DNA of 64,000 bases from an uncultured Actinomycetes bacterium. Lineage in GTDB: Bacteria > Actinomycetota > Thermoleophilia > Gaiellales > JALYLC01. The notes beneath the pieces are model-generated. The model saw only the letters and a program-made list of their open reading frames with translations, did no database searches and was not told the DNA's origin. Where the stretch lies: assembly GCA_963696735.1 (NCBI GenBank), contig CAVOLG010000006.1, forward strand, positions 3,442 to 67,441, given 5' to 3'. Within the stretch, counting starts at the first letter, position 1; each line of letters opens with the position of its first letter. Positions 1-15,515 of the stretch are shown here, piece by piece. The position numbers and the translations under genes were made by a program.

Positions 1-238
1 TTTCGAGCGCCGCAGCTATCTCCCGGACATACCGTCCGATGCCCCGGAGCCCACTATCGCGGCTCTGGACACCTTGGATGTCGACGTAGGTCGCGATCCT
101 AGCCTCCGCCCGCGCCAATATAGGGCGCCGTCGCGAGACGCAGCGGCGGAGCAGTTCCCGTCACCCGCGCCGATGCTAGTCGACCTTCGCCGCTGCTGGC
201 GCGGAGGGCTACTGAGGCCGCTGGTACGATGGCTGGCC

Positions 239-1067
239 GTGGCCGTGGAGACAGCACGCCCGCTGGCGCTCCCGGCCCGCCTCGCCTGGATCTCGACGCA
301 TCGCGAGCTGCTCTGGAGCCTGCTCCGGCGCGAGGTCCGACAGCGCTACAAGGGCTCAGCGCTCGGCATCCTGTGGTCGTACCTGCATCCCCTGCTCATG
401 GCGGGGGTCTACACGCTGGTCTTCAGCGTCCTCTGGCGGGCAACGACCATTCCCGCATTACGCGCTGTTCGTGCTCACCGGGCTGGCTGTGTTCTCGTAC
501 TTCCAGTCGGGCGTGCTGTCCGGCACGACGTCGATCGTCGACAACGCCGACCTGGTGAAGAAGATCTGGTTCCCGCGCGAGGTCGTCGTCATGTCGAGCG
601 TGCTCTCACACGTGCTGGCGGCCGCGGTCATGTTCGCCATCGTCATCCCGGTCGCATGGTCATCGAGCCGGACACGGCCGAGACGTTCTGGCTCGTCGTC
701 CCCGCCTTCGCGCTGCTCATCACCCTGACGGCCGGTCTGGCCATGATGTTCGCGGCGGTGAACGTCTACTTCCGCGACGTGTCGCACCTGCTCGGCGTGC
801 TCTTCTTGCCGTGGTACTTCCTGACCCCGGTCCTGTACACGTTCGGGCAGCTGCCCGGCGCCGCGTCGCACCCGCACCTGGTCACCGCGCTGCGGTACGG
901 AAACCCGGTGACGCCATACGTCGAGGTCATTCGCGACGCCGTGCTCGCTGGGGCGGTTCCCGCCGGCGGTCGAGCTGCTCTACATCTTGCTCGTCGGGCC
1001 CGCCTTCTTCGTGCTCGGCCTGCGGCTGTTCCAGCGCCGCGCGGACAGCTTCGCGATCGAGCTCTAG
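239..1067 (+). CDS. wzm: ABC-2 polysaccharide export permease (frameshifted)
   Basis: RELLWSLLRREVRQRYKGSALGILWSYLHPLL, LVKKIWFPRE, VYFRDVSHLL, NPVTPYVEVIRD read across frames; TAG overlaps the GTG of the next gene; start approximate. Confidence 0.9.
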
Positions 1068-2333
1068 TGGACGACGACCGGATCCTCCCCGGCGACGTGA
1101 TCGTCGACGACGTGAGCCGGCGGTTCCTGCGGAACCCAGGAGCTGGCCCGATCGCTGAAGCGGACGATCGTCCGGCGCGAAATCGATCGTCATGAGTGGT
1201 TCTGGGCCCTTCGCGACGTGTCCCTGCGAGCACGGCCCGGCGAGGCGGTCGGGGTCATCGGTCAGAACGGCTCGGGCAAGTCGACGCTGCTCAAGCTTCT
1301 CGCCGGGATCTTCCGCCCATCCTCTGGCGCGATCGCCATCGGCGGGTCGATCTCGTCGCTGCTCGAGCTTGGCGCCGGCTTTCACCCTGAGTTCACGGGC
1401 CGTGAGAACGTCTACCTGAACGGCGCGATCTTCGGGCTCTCGCATGACTACATGGAGCGCCATATGGACGAGATCATCGATTTCGCCGAGCTGTCGCGAC
1501 TTCGTCGACCAGCCCGTGCGCACGTACTCCTCCGGCATGTACGTGCGCCTCGGCTTCTCGGTGGCGATGCACGTCAACCCCGACGTGCTTCTGCTCGACG
1601 AGGTATTCGCAGTCGGCGACGAGACGTTCTCGAAGAAGTGTTACGGGCGCATCTTCGACTTCAAGCGAGCGGGACGAACGATCGTCTTCGTTTCGCACGA
1701 CCTCAGCAGCGTCGAGATGCTGTGCGATCGCGCCGTGCTTCTCGAGCAGGGCCGCGTGGTCGCCGACGGAGTGGTCGAGGATGTCGTTCGGGCGTACCAC
1801 CGACGTCTCGCTGGCCGCCGACGCGTCCGCCCGTAGCGACCGGCCGGGCGAGAACGCCGATCAGCCGACGCAGGCTAGTCGACGCCAGCCATCGTCAACA
1901 ACGCGGGCGAGGACACCGACGTCATCCTCGACGGCCATCGGGTGCTTTTCTGCGCCTCGTTGATCGCCGGCTGCGGACGAGTCCGCAAGCGCGCGTGGCG
2001 TTCATGTTCCGGGACGCCGCCGGCAAGCTCGTGGCCGGCCGCACCGGAACGGTGGATCTGGCCGCGGGAGACGTCAATGACGTCCGGCTTGACGTCGACG
2101 CCGTGCCGTTTCGTGAGGGCCGGTTCACCGTCGATGTCGTCGTCACGCAGCGAGGACGGCAGCCGCGAGCTCGCGCGCGTCGACCACGCGCTGAGCTTCA
2201 CGGTGCTGAGCGACGACGCCGAGGGCATCGGCCCGGTGCGCGTGCAGCGGCGTCATGGGTGCGTCGAGCGGCGGCCGGCCGAGCCGGCGGCGCGCGATGC
2301 CACCGCCGGCGGCCTGACGGGCGGGTCGCACCC

Positions 2334-2337
<4 letters not shown>
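1067..2337 (+). CDS. wzt: Polysaccharide ABC ATPase with Wzt C-terminal domain (frameshifted)
   Basis: Walker [54 protein letters not shown], plus a beta-rich C-terminal extension. Confidence 0.9.
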
Positions 2338-5469
<3,132 letters not shown>

Positions 5470-5524
5470 GCTCCCGACCGTACCAGGGCGCCCGCGTCGC
5501 CAGGCGGCCTCTAGACTCGGCTTC

Positions 5525-6360
5525 GTGCCACTGCCGACCGCCGTCGTCGTCACCTGGCAGGCGGCGGACCGGACGGCCGCCTGCCTCGACCGCCTGGCCG
5601 AGGTGGCTCCGGCGGCGCCGGTGGTCGTGGTCGACAACGAGAGCGACCCGGCGCGCCTCGCGCGCGTCCTGGGCGACCGGCCGGTGACGGCCGTGCCTCT
5701 GGCCGACAACCGTGGCCTGGCCGGCGGGGCGAACGCCGGCCTCGATCGAGCGTTTGCCGACGGCGCGAGCCAGGCGGTGCTCCTCAACGACGACGTGCTC
5801 GTCGCTCCCGACTGTCTGGAGACGCTCGGCGAGGTGGCCGGAACGGACGGCGCGGCCTCGCCTCGCATCCATGCCGACGGACCGGACGCGTTTGCCGGCG
5901 GCCTCCTGGACAAGCGCGGGTTCGGCCGGCACGCCGAGGGCGCGGTCGAGTACCTGACGGGGGCCGCGCTGTGCATCCCGGCTGCCGTGTGGGAGCGGGT
6001 CGGCCCCATGGACGAGCGCCTCTTCCTCTACTACGAGGACGTCGACTGGTGCCTGCGCGCCCGGGCGCTGGGCGTGCCCCTGCGCGTCGCCGACCAGGCG
6101 CGAGGCAGACCATGCCGCCGGCAGCTCCACCGGCGGCGCGAGCGGCCCGACGTGGGCCTACTACAGCACGCGGAACCGGCTGTGGATGCTCGCCCGGAGG
6201 CGGGGCGCGGCCGTGGCCCGCCGTGAGGCCGCGGGCACGGCCCTGCGGGCGCTGGCCCGCCTGGCCCAGCCGAGCCGGCGAGCCGTGGCCCGGGCGAAGC
6301 TCGACGGCGTCGCCGACTTCCGTCTCGGGACGCATGGGCCGGGGGCCATACCCGCGATGA
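5525..6360 (+). CDS. Glycosyltransferase family 2 (frameshifted)
   Basis: VVVVDNES, NRGLAGGANAG, LLNDD, MDERLFLYYEDVDWCLR. Confidence 0.9.
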
Positions 6361-7380
6361 GGGTGGCCTTCGACGCCGCCTGCTTCCGCCTCGACCGGGC
6401 CGGCACCGCGCGGGCCGCGGCGGGGCTGCTCGGCGCTCTCGTGGCGATGGCAGAACCGCCTGACGTGGCCCTGCTCGGAGACGGACCGCCGGTCGACCGG
6501 GGGACGGTGGCGCGCCGGCTGACCGTCCTCGACCAGGACCTGGCCTGGTACGGCCGCGGGCTGGCGGCGGCCGCGCGGCGGGCCGGCGCGGACATCCTCC
6601 ACTGCCCGACCTTCCGTGGGCCGCTGACGCGGCCGGCCCAGCCGCTCGTGGTGACCGTGCTCGACCTGGCCGTGCTGCGCGAGCCCGGCTGGTTCCCGCG
6701 CTGGAGCCGCACCTACGGGGCCTTCGCCGTCCCGCGGCGTGGTGCGATCGGCCGACCGGGTCATCTGCGCCTCGCAGGCCACGGCCGACGACGTCTCCGA
6801 GCGGCTCGGCGTCGCGCCTGAGCGTCTGCGCACGGTGCCGCTCGGCATCGATGCGCTGTTCTCCGAGCCGCCCGGGCCGGCGCCGCTGGCCGGGCCGTAC
6901 GTTCTGGCCGTGGCCACGCCCGAGCCGCGCAAGAACCTCGACCGCGTCCTGGCCGCGCACCGCCTGCGCCGGGCGCGCGGCTCGCCGCGAGACGCTCGCG
7001 CTCGTGGGCGGCGGCGGCTGGGGCGACGTGCGCCTCGCGCCCGAGGACGGGGTGACGGTCCTCGGCCGCGTCGGGGACGTGCGGCTGCGCGACCTCTACG
7101 CCCACGCCTCCGCGACCGTGGTGGCGTCCCTGTGGGAGGGCTTCGGCCTCCCGGCCGGAGAGGCCCTGGCCACGGGCTGCCCGCTCGTCTGCTCCGACAT
7201 CCCGGCTCTGCGCGAGGTGGCCGGGGAGGCCGCGGCCTACTGCGATCCCGCTGTCCGTCGGAGAGCATCGCCGACGCCGTCGACCGGGCCGTGTCCGGGC
7301 CGAGGCCGGCTCCCCGCCGGGAGCTGACGTGGGAGCGGACCGCCGCCGGGACCCTCGACGTGTGGCGCGAGCTCGCGTGA
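6357..7380 (+). CDS. Glycosyltransferase family 4 (frameshifted)
   Basis: VVTVLDL, EPRKNL, SLWEGFGLPAGEALATGCP. Confidence 0.9.
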
Positions 7381-8484
7381 GCGGCCGCCCGCGCGTCCTC
7401 GTGGACGCGGACGTCGTCGGCCGGCAGCGGACGGGCGACGAGACCTACACCGTGAACCTGCTCCGCGAGCTGCCGCACGTGGCCCCGGACCTCGACCTGG
7501 CCTGCTCGCTGCGCGACCCGAGCGCGCTTCCCGCCGACGTCGACCCGAGGGTCGAGCGCCTCGAGCTGAGACGTGGCGTCGCCGTACCGGCGCATCCCGG
7601 TGGCGTTCCCGCGCCTCGCCTCGCGGGCCGGCGCCTCGCTCGTGCACGTCCAGTACTTCGTGGCTCCGCGCCTCCCGTGCCCGGCCGTGCTGACGGTGCA
7701 CGACCTCTCCTTCGCCCGCGCCCCCGAGCTCCTGCGGGCGCGCGACCGGCTGCTCTTCCGCCGCTTCGTGCCCGGCTCGCTGCGCCGCGCGCGGCGCATC
7801 ATCGCCGTGTCCGAGTTCACCCGCCGGGACCTGGCCGACGCCTACGACGTGCCCCTGGACCGGATCACGGCGATCCCGAACGGGGTGGGCGAGGCCTTCC
7901 GGCCGCTCCCCGACGCCCGCCGCCTGGCGGCCGAGCGGCTCGGGCTGGCCGAGGAGTACGTGCTCTTCGTGGGCGCTCTCGCCCCGCGCAAGAACCCGCT
8001 CGCCCTGCTCGAGGCCTTCGCGCGGGTGGCGCGTCTCGGCGGCGCCCACCAGCTCGTGCTGGCCGGCGCCGACCGCGGCTCCGGGGCGGCGATGCGCCGC
8101 CGGGCGGACGAGCTCGGGCTGACCGGGCGGCTCCGGCTGCTCGGTCACGTGGCCGAGGCGGACCTGCCCGCCCTCTACGGCGCGGCCGAGGCCGTGTGCG
8201 TGCCGTCGCTCTACGAGGGGTTCGGCCTGCCGGCGCTGGAGGCCATGGCCTGCGGCACGCCCGTCATCGCCAGTGGGACGACGGGGCTCGGCGAGGCCGT
8301 GGGCGAGGCCGCCCTGACCTTCGACCCGCGCTCGGTGGCGGAGATCGCCGACGCCCTCGAGCGGGTCCTGGGGGATGCGTCGCTCCGGGAGCACCTGGTC
8401 GCCGCCGGCCGGGCGCGGGCCGCGGCCTTCACCTGGCGGCGCTCGGCCGAGGCCACGGCGCAGGTCTACCGGGAGGCGCTGTGA
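7377..8484 (+). CDS. Glycosyltransferase family 4 (frameshifted)
   Basis: LTVHDLSF, APRKN, PSLYEGFGLPALEAMACGTPV. Confidence 0.92.
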
Positions 8485-9257
8485 CCAGCGAGGTCGTGGC
8501 CGCGATCGTGTCGCACGGCCACCGGGAGTACCTCGGCCCCTGCCTCGACGCGCTGGCGCGGGACGACGTTCCCGCCGTGGTCCTGGAGAACATCCCGGAT
8601 GGGAGCGCCGCCCTGGCCGCCGACCGGGGCGCGAGGGCCGGCCGCAATCCCGAGCCGCGCTCCCCGGCGGTCAACTGGAACGCCATCGTGGCCGCCACGA
8701 CGGCGCCGTACGTCCTCCTCCTCAACCCGGACACGGAGGTCGCGCCGGGGGCCGTGCGCCCGGCTCGTGGCTCACGCCGAGGCGCATCCGCGCTGCGGCC
8801 TGGCGGGCCCGCGGCTGCTCGATCCCGACGGCTCTCTCCAGCGCTCGCGGCGGCGCTTTCCGACCGTCGGCGGCACGCTCGTCCGGCGCACGCCCATCCG
8901 CCTGCTCGTCGGCGACGTCGAGGCGGCCCAGCCCGGTCACTACCTGGCCGACGTGCCGGACGGTCCCGTGCGAGTGCGACTGGATGCTCGGCGCCTGCCT
9001 GCTCGTCCGGCGGGCCATGCTCGACGACATCGGCGGCCTCGACGAGGGCATGCCGATGTACGGCGAGGACATCGAGCTCGCGTACCGGGCCATGCGGGCG
9101 GGCTGGGAGCGCTGGTACGTGCCGGACGCCGTGGCCGTCCACCACTACCAGCGGGAGACCGACCGCAGCCTGGTCGACGCGCGCGGAGCTCGCGCACGCC
9201 CGGGGCATCGCTCGGTACGTGCGCCGGCATCCCGAGTCGCTCGTGCGGCGGCCGTGA
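8481..9257 (+). CDS. Glycosyltransferase family 2, WbbL-like (frameshifted)
   Basis: LLLNPDT, GPRLLDPDGSLQRS, DWMLGACLLVRR, MYGEDIEL. Confidence 0.88.
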   Translation: MTSEVVAAIVSHGHREYLGPCLDALARDDVPAVVLENIPDGSAALAADRGARAGRNPEPRSPAVNWNAIVAATTAPYVLLLNPDTEVAPGAVRPARGSRRGASALRPGGPAAARSRRLSPALAAALSDRRRHARPAHAHPPARRRRRGGPARSLPGRRAGRSRASATGCSAPACSSGGPCSTTSAASTRACRCTARTSSSRTGPCGRAGSAGTCRTPWPSTTTSGRPTAAWSTRAELAHARGIARYVRRHPESLVRRP

Positions 9258-9258
9258 T

Positions 9259-10105
9259 TCAGTCCTTGCGCAGCGCGAGGTGGACGCTCGTCCACGTCTC
9301 CGGGCCGGTGGTGAGGACGATGTGCGGATAGTGCGGGCTCGCCGCCCGCGCGTCACGACGTCCGGGCAGGTACTGCACCGTCCCGCGCGTGCCGGCGGAC
9401 ACGTGCACGTCGAGAGGCGACAGAAGGCCGCCAGCGCGAGGTCCGCCGATCACGGTCTCCTCGAGCTCCGCCCCGCTCGAAAAGCAAGGGCGCCCGGGAA
9501 TGCCAGGCGGCGGCCCTTCGATCCGATACTCCGTGGACAGGCTGAGGACGCCACCCGGCCGCAGGACCCGGAACATCTCGTCGATGCTTCGGCGCACGTC
9601 TTCAACGCGTCCCGAAGTGCTCGATCGAGCTCGACGAGAAGATGCGCGTCGAAGGAGGCAGTCGCCCATAGCGCAGGTCCCGTGCGTCCATGTGCTGCAC
9701 CACCGAGGCGCCGCGGGTCCCAGGCGCCGCTCCAGAACTGCCCGGGGTCGATCAGCATCGACGTGCTTGCCGTCTCCTGCCAGGTGGTCGGGTCGAGGTG
9801 AAGGTCTGTGGCGAATACCCGGCGGCACGCGTCGTCAGCCGAGACGATCGTCGACTCGTCACCCGCGCCCACCCCGAGGACTCTCCGCGATTCGGCCCCA
9901 GGACGCCGCCTGCCTCGAGGGCCCTCGCGGCCATGGCGACCTCCCAGCGCTTGCGGTGTTCGCGCCCGCGCGGCAAGTCCGGCCCGTAGCGCTCGACCTC
10001 GTGCCGGAAGACATCCCGAAAGGTCTCGAGGAACGCCGGGTCGCGGAAGTCTTCGAGCTCGCAGACCTTGCAGTACGGAGCCTGGGCGCGTGACGCGGTG
10101 CTCAG
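9259..10105 (-). CDS. Class I SAM-dependent methyltransferase (frameshifted)
   Basis: EHRKRWEVAM, GVGAGDE motif I, ATDL, EMFRVLRPGGVLSLSTE read across frames; start uncertain. Confidence 0.75.
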
Positions 10106-11002
10106 GCGCTCTCGCTGGCCGCCGCCCGCAGGAAGCTCAGGAACGCCTCCATCAGGCGCGACGGCTCCCGCGCCGCCGCCCGCACCAGCACGTAGCGCCG
10201 CGTCGGCCGGATCCCCTGCACGCGGGCCTCGGCCAGCAGCCCGAGCGCCACCTCCTTGCGGATCGCCGCCCGCGAGGTGAAGGTCACGCCGAGGCCCTCC
10301 TCCACGGCCGTGGTCGAGGACTCCTGCAGCCCCAGCTCGGCCACGACGTCGAGATCACGCACGCGCACGCCCGCGGTCCGCAGCTCGCGCTCGATGACGG
10401 ACCGCACGCCCGACCCCTCCTGCTGAAGGATCAGCGGCGCGGCCCGCAGCTCGTCGAGCGTGATCGAGCGCCCGGCGAACGGGTGCCCCGCCGGCACGGC
10501 CAGGACCACGTCGTCGTGCAGCCACGGCTCGTACACGAGGCTGCGGTGCTGGCGCTCGGCGCCGACCACGCCGAGCTCGAGCTCGCGCTCGAGGACGCGG
10601 TCGATGACCGTCTGGGTGGAGTCGATGCGCAGGACGACCCGCACGTCCGGGTGCGCGCGGTGGAACTGCACGAGCAGGCTCGGAAGCAGCCGCGTCCCCG
10701 GGCCGGTGGAGGCGCCGACCACCAGGTCGCCGCCCAGCGTCTCGGCCTCCTCCTGCAGGGTGGCCGTGATCTCGCGCTCGAGCTGGAGGATCCGCTGCGC
10801 GCGCCCCAGCACGACCTGCCCCGCGGCCGTCGGCTGCGCCCGCCGCCCGGACCGATCCAACAGCTTCTCACCGAGCCGCCGCTCCAGCGCACGCACCGCC
10901 AGCGACACCGCCGGCTGCGTCACGCCGAGGCTCTCCGCCGCCTGCGAGAACGAGCCCCTTCTCGACGACCGCGACGAAGGCCGCGAGCTGCCGGGTGTCC
11001 AT
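10102..11002 (-). CDS. LysR-family transcriptional regulator (CysL/CbbR-like)
   Basis: [14 protein letters not shown]...[30 protein letters not shown]; one frameshift in the HTH. Confidence 0.92.
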
Positions 11003-11004
11003 CG

Positions 11005-12870
11005 TCAGATGGCGGTCCCGACGCCGGTGCGGCGCGGGGCGGCGATGACCCGCCGGAGGGCGACCTCGACCGCGGCGCCGTCGCCGGCGGCCACGAGGTC
11101 GGCGAGGGCCGCGAGCTCGGCGTCGAGCCACTCGGCGTCGATCGGCGGCCGGGTGGCGCGCCGGATCTTGTCGTGGTGCGTCACCTCGACGTGCTCCCAG
11201 GGCTCGAACAGCTCCTCGTGCAGCTTCTCGCCCGGGCCGGATGCCCACGATCTCGATGGGAACGTCCCGCCCGGGCTCCCGGCCGGAGAGGCGGATCATG
11301 TCGCGCGCCAGGTCGAGGATGCGCACCGGCTCGCCCATGTCGAGGACGAAGATCTCGCCGCCGTGGCCGATGCCGCCGGCCTGCACGATCAGCTGGGCCG
11401 CCTCGGGGATGGTCATGAAGTAGCGCGTCATCTCCGGGTGGGTGACCGTCACCGGGCCGCCGCGGGCGATCTGGCGCCGGAAGATGGGCACCACCGAGCC
11501 GGAGCTGAGCCAGCACGTTGCCGAAGCGCACGGCCACGAAGGCCGTCTCGTCCGTGCGCTGGGCCATGGCCTCGACGACCCACTCGGCCAGGGCCTTGGA
11601 GGAGCCCATCGTGGTCTGCGAGTTGACGGCCTTGTCGGTCGAGACGAGGACGAAGCGGCCGACCCCGTGGGCGGCCGCGGCCCGAGCCACGGTCTGGGTG
11701 GCCAGGGCGTTGTTGCGCACCGCCTCCATGGGGTTCGCCTGCATCAGCGAGACGTGCTTGTAGGCCGCGGCGTGGAAGACCACGGCGGGCCGGTGCTCGG
11801 CGAAGAGGCGGTCGACCTGGGCGCCGTCGCGCACGTCGGCGATGACCGGCACGAGCCCGGCCATGCCGCGCTCGGCCAGCTCGCGCTCGATGAGGAAGAG
11901 GTTGTTCTCGGCGTTGTCGAGCAGGATCAGCCGCTTCGGCCCGACCTTGATCAGCTGGCGGCAGAGCTCCGAGCCGATGGAGCCGCCCGCGCCCGTGACC
12001 ATGACCACGACGTCGCGGGCGTAGGTGCCGACGCCCCCCTGGTCCAGGTGGACCGGCTCGCGGCCGAGCACGTCCTCGACCCGCACCTCGCGCAGCTGCT
12101 GCACCAGGTCGGCGTCACCGTTCAGGAGCTCGGGCAGCGTCGGCAGCGTCTTCACCGGAACGCTGGCGTCGCGGCAGGCGTGGACGATCCGGTTGCGCAC
12201 GTCGCCGCCCGCGGACGGGATGGCGATGTGGACCTCGTCCGGCCGGCGGTCGCGCAGGACGGTCGACAGCTCCTTGGTCGTCCCGAGCACGCGGACGCCG
12301 TGGAGGCGCATGTGCCGCTTGCGCGGGTCGTCGTCGATCAGCCCGATGGGCGTGTAGCCGGCGGCGCGGTTCTTGAGCATCTCGCGCAGGACCAGCCCGC
12401 CCGCGTCGCCCGCGCCCACCACCACGACCTCCTTGCCGCCGCGGCACGAACGAGCCCGGCCGCGGGCGCTCGACCAGCGAGCGTACGAGGACGCGCGCGC
12501 CGCCCAGGGCCACGAGCGTGAACACCGCGTCCATGACCGCCACCCCGAGAGGCAGGCGATGGTGCGAGTCCACCGGTGGGATCAGGGTGAAGCCGATCCA
12601 CAGGACCCCCTCGGCGATGAGCACCGCCCGGGCCAGGACCTGCAGGTCGCGCAGCGACGTGTACCGCCACCACTTGGTGTACACGCCGGAGAGCAGGAGC
12701 ACGGTGAGGTTCACCGCGACCACGATGAGGATGGTCCGGTGCCAGTACCGCGCGTACAGCGGCCCGATGCCGCGGTCGAAGCGCAGGGCGAAGGCCAGGT
12801 ACCAGACCCCGGCGACCAGCAGCCCGTCGACGGCGACCTGCCAGAGCCGGTAGCGGCTGATCAGGCGCAC
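11005..12870 (-). CDS. Membrane-bound nucleotide-sugar 4,6-dehydratase (PglF/CapD/WbpM family; frameshifted)
   Basis: N-terminal TM segments, [53 protein letters not shown]. Confidence 0.93.
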
Positions 12871-12879
12871 TGCGAGATT

Positions 12880-13991
12880 CTAGGCCGTCACCGCGGCGGC
12901 ATCGCGCACTGCGGCCACGACCTCGGCCTGGCGCGCCTCGTCCAGGGTGACGAACATCGGGAGCATCAGGTTCTCGCGCGAGGCCCGCTCGGTCTCGGGC
13001 AGCGCGCCCTCGGGCACGCCCAGGTGGGCGAAGGCCGGCTGGCGGTGGAGCGGGGTGTCGTAGTACGACGGTGGCCCCGATCCCGCGCTCGCGCAGGGAG
13101 GCCTTGAGGGCGTCGCGGCCCTCGGTCCGGCACACGAACAGGTGGTAGACGTGCCGCGCCCCATCGGCCACCGCCGGGAGGTCCACCAGCTCGCCGAGCC
13201 CGAGCTCCGCGTAGCGGGCGGCCACGGCGATGCGGCGGTCGTTCCAGTCGTCGAGCTGGGGCTCGAGCTCGAGCAGGACCGCCGCCTGCAGCTCGTCGAG
13301 GCGCGAGTTGAAGCCCACCCGGTCGAAGGTGACCTTGTCGCGCGAGCCGTGGAAGCGCAGGAGCCGCGGCGACCTCGGCGACCTGCTGATCCGACGTCGT
13401 GATGAGGCCGCCGTCGCCGAAGCAGGGCAGGTTCTTCGTCGGATAGAAGGAGAAGGTGGCGGCGTCGCCCATCGACCCGCACAGCTCGTCGCCCAGGCGG
13501 GCGCCGATGGCCTGGGCCGCGTCCTCGAGCAGGGCCAGGCCGTGCCGCTCGCACACCGCCCGCAGGGCCGGCGCGTCGGCAGGGTGGCCGAACAGGTGGA
13601 CGGCGCACACGGCGCGCGTCCGCGGCGTGACGGCCGCGGCCACGGCCTCGGGGTCGAGGCAGAAGGTGGCCGGGTCGATGTCGGCGAAGACGGGGACCGC
13701 CCCGGCCCGGGCGATGGCCTCGGCCGTGGCGAAGAAGGTGAAGGAGGGGCAGATGACCTCGTCGCCCCGCTCGATCCCGAGCGCCTCGAGCGCGATGACC
13801 AGCGCATCGGTGCCGTTCGCGACCCCCACGCCGTGCGCGGCGCCGACCCGGGCCGCGAGGCGCTCCTCCGCCTCGGCCACGCGGGGGCCGAGCACGAAGC
13901 GGCCCGACCGCACGACGTCCTGCATGGCCGCGGTGACGCGGTCGAGCAGGGGCGCGACCTGGGAGTGGGGGTCCATCAGGGGAACGGGCAC
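12880..13991 (-). CDS. DegT/DnrJ/EryC1/StrS PLP aminotransferase (frameshifted)
   Basis: VANGTDAL, TFFATAEA, EDAAQA, SFYPTKNL, NSRLDELQAA. Confidence 0.95.
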
Positions 13992-14090
13992 GCAGAAACC
14001 TTCCTGTCGGAGACAGGTTCGACCCTAGCAGCGGATTCCCCGCCTCCGCGACGGACGAACCGACCGGCAGGCGCGCCCGTAGGGTTCAGG

Positions 14091-15113
14091 ATGGCGATGT
14101 ACGACCACGAGGCTCCCGCCCGCCCCCCGCGGCCGCCCCGCGCCCCGACGTCGGGGTCGCGACGCGTCCGCGTGGCGGTCGCCGTGGCCGCCGCGCTCCT
14201 GGCCGTCGGGGCCAGCGCCCTCATCTGGTTCGGAGCCAAGGGGTCGACGGCGCCGCCGCTCCCGCCGCCGACCGTGGCGGCCGCGGTGCGCCCCGGAGTG
14301 CCGCCCTCGCCGCCACGCGGCGCCCTCGTCCTCGCCGGGCAGGATCGCGACCTGGCCGTGGCCATCGCCGCGCGGCACACGGGCCCCGACGTGGACGTCC
14401 AGACCACCATCCTCGCCCCCACCGGCGACGGGCAGCGCGGGCTCCACGTGGGCCTTCGCCTGCTCCCGGGCGGGCGCGCACAGCCCGCGCCGGCCTGCGG
14501 GGCCGGGTGCTACGCCGCCACCCTGCCGCCCGGGCACTCGGCGCAGGGGCTCGAGGTCCACATCACGGGCCCGGGGCGCCGTCCGTCGACGGTGACCTTC
14601 GCCCTCCCCAAGCGCTGGCCGGTGCCGGCCTCGGGGCTCGTGCGCCGGGCCAGCGCCACGTTCCGCAGCCTGCGCACCCTCGTGTACCGCGAGTCGCTGG
14701 CCTCCGGGCCCTCGGGGGGCATCGTCACCCTGTGGCGCGAGGAGGCTCCCGACCGCCTGAGCTACCACATCAACACGGGCAGCGCCGGGATCGTCATCGG
14801 CGGGCGCCGCTGGGACCGCTCCAAGGGCACGCCCTGGCAGGCCTCCACCCAGGACCCGATCCTCCCCATGCCGGTCGTTCCCTGGGGGACGTCCTGGGAG
14901 GACGCCTCCCTCCTGGGATCCGGGACGCTCAACGGGAAGCCCGTGTGGCGGATCTCCATGGTCGATCCGGTCACCCCGGCCTGGTACACGATGACCGTGG
15001 AGCAGTCCACGGGCCGGACGCTGCGGCTGGACATGATCGCCGCGGCCCACTTCATGCACCACCGGTACCTGCGCTTCAACCCGCCGATCCGCATCGTGCC
15101 GCCGGCGCGGTAG
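14091..15113 (+). CDS. Membrane-anchored hypothetical protein with CxxxC and a LolA/LppX-like C-terminal region
   Basis: One N-terminal TM helix, ACGAGCY, C-terminal AHFMHH...FNPPIRIVPP; fold assignment is inference. Confidence 0.6.
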   Translation: MAMYDHEAPARPPRPPRAPTSGSRRVRVAVAVAAALLAVGASALIWFGAKGSTAPPLPPPTVAAAVRPGVPPSPPRGALVLAGQDRDLAVAIAARHTGPDVDVQTTILAPTGDGQRGLHVGLRLLPGGRAQPAPACGAGCYAATLPPGHSAQGLEVHITGPGRRPSTVTFALPKRWPVPASGLVRRASATFRSLRTLVYRESLASGPSGGIVTLWREEAPDRLSYHINTGSAGIVIGGRRWDRSKGTPWQASTQDPILPMPVVPWGTSWEDASLLGSGTLNGKPVWRISMVDPVTPAWYTMTVEQSTGRTLRLDMIAAAHFMHHRYLRFNPPIRIVPPAR

Positions 15114-15137
15114 GCGCCGGCGGCAGAGGCGGACGGG

Positions 15138-15515
15138 TCAGGCGGGCGCGGCGCCGGCCGGCACGGTGCCGATCAGCTTCGCCTTCTCGCTGGCGAACTC
15201 GGCGTCGGTGAGCTTGCCTGCGTCGTGCAGCTCGGCCAGGACCTTGATCTGGCTGGCCGTGTCGTTCGGCGCGTAGGTCTGCACGGACTGCTCGATGGCC
15301 TGGCGCTCCTCCCGCGTGGCCCCCGGCGGGCGGGTGAGCAGGTAGACGAGCGTCCCGAGGAACGGGATGAAGAGGACGACGACGAACCACAGGGCCTTCC
15401 AGCCGCCGCTCAGGTCGTCCCGCCGGAAGATGTCGAAGATCGAGAAGCCCCAGATCAGGAGCAGCGGGACGTAGATCAGCATGAGGAAGAACACGTCCCA
15501 GAAGTTGTGATCCAT
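15138..15515 (-). CDS. PLDc_N + SHOCT small membrane protein
   Basis: DIFRRDDLSGGWKALW..IPFLGTLVYL; LAELHDAGKLTDAEFASEKAKL. Confidence 0.88.
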   Translation of the reverse strand: MDHNFWDVFFLMLIYVPLLLIWGFSIFDIFRRDDLSGGWKALWFVVVLFIPFLGTLVYLLTRPPGATREERQAIEQSVQTYAPNDTASQIKVLAELHDAGKLTDAEFASEKAKLIGTVPAGAAPA

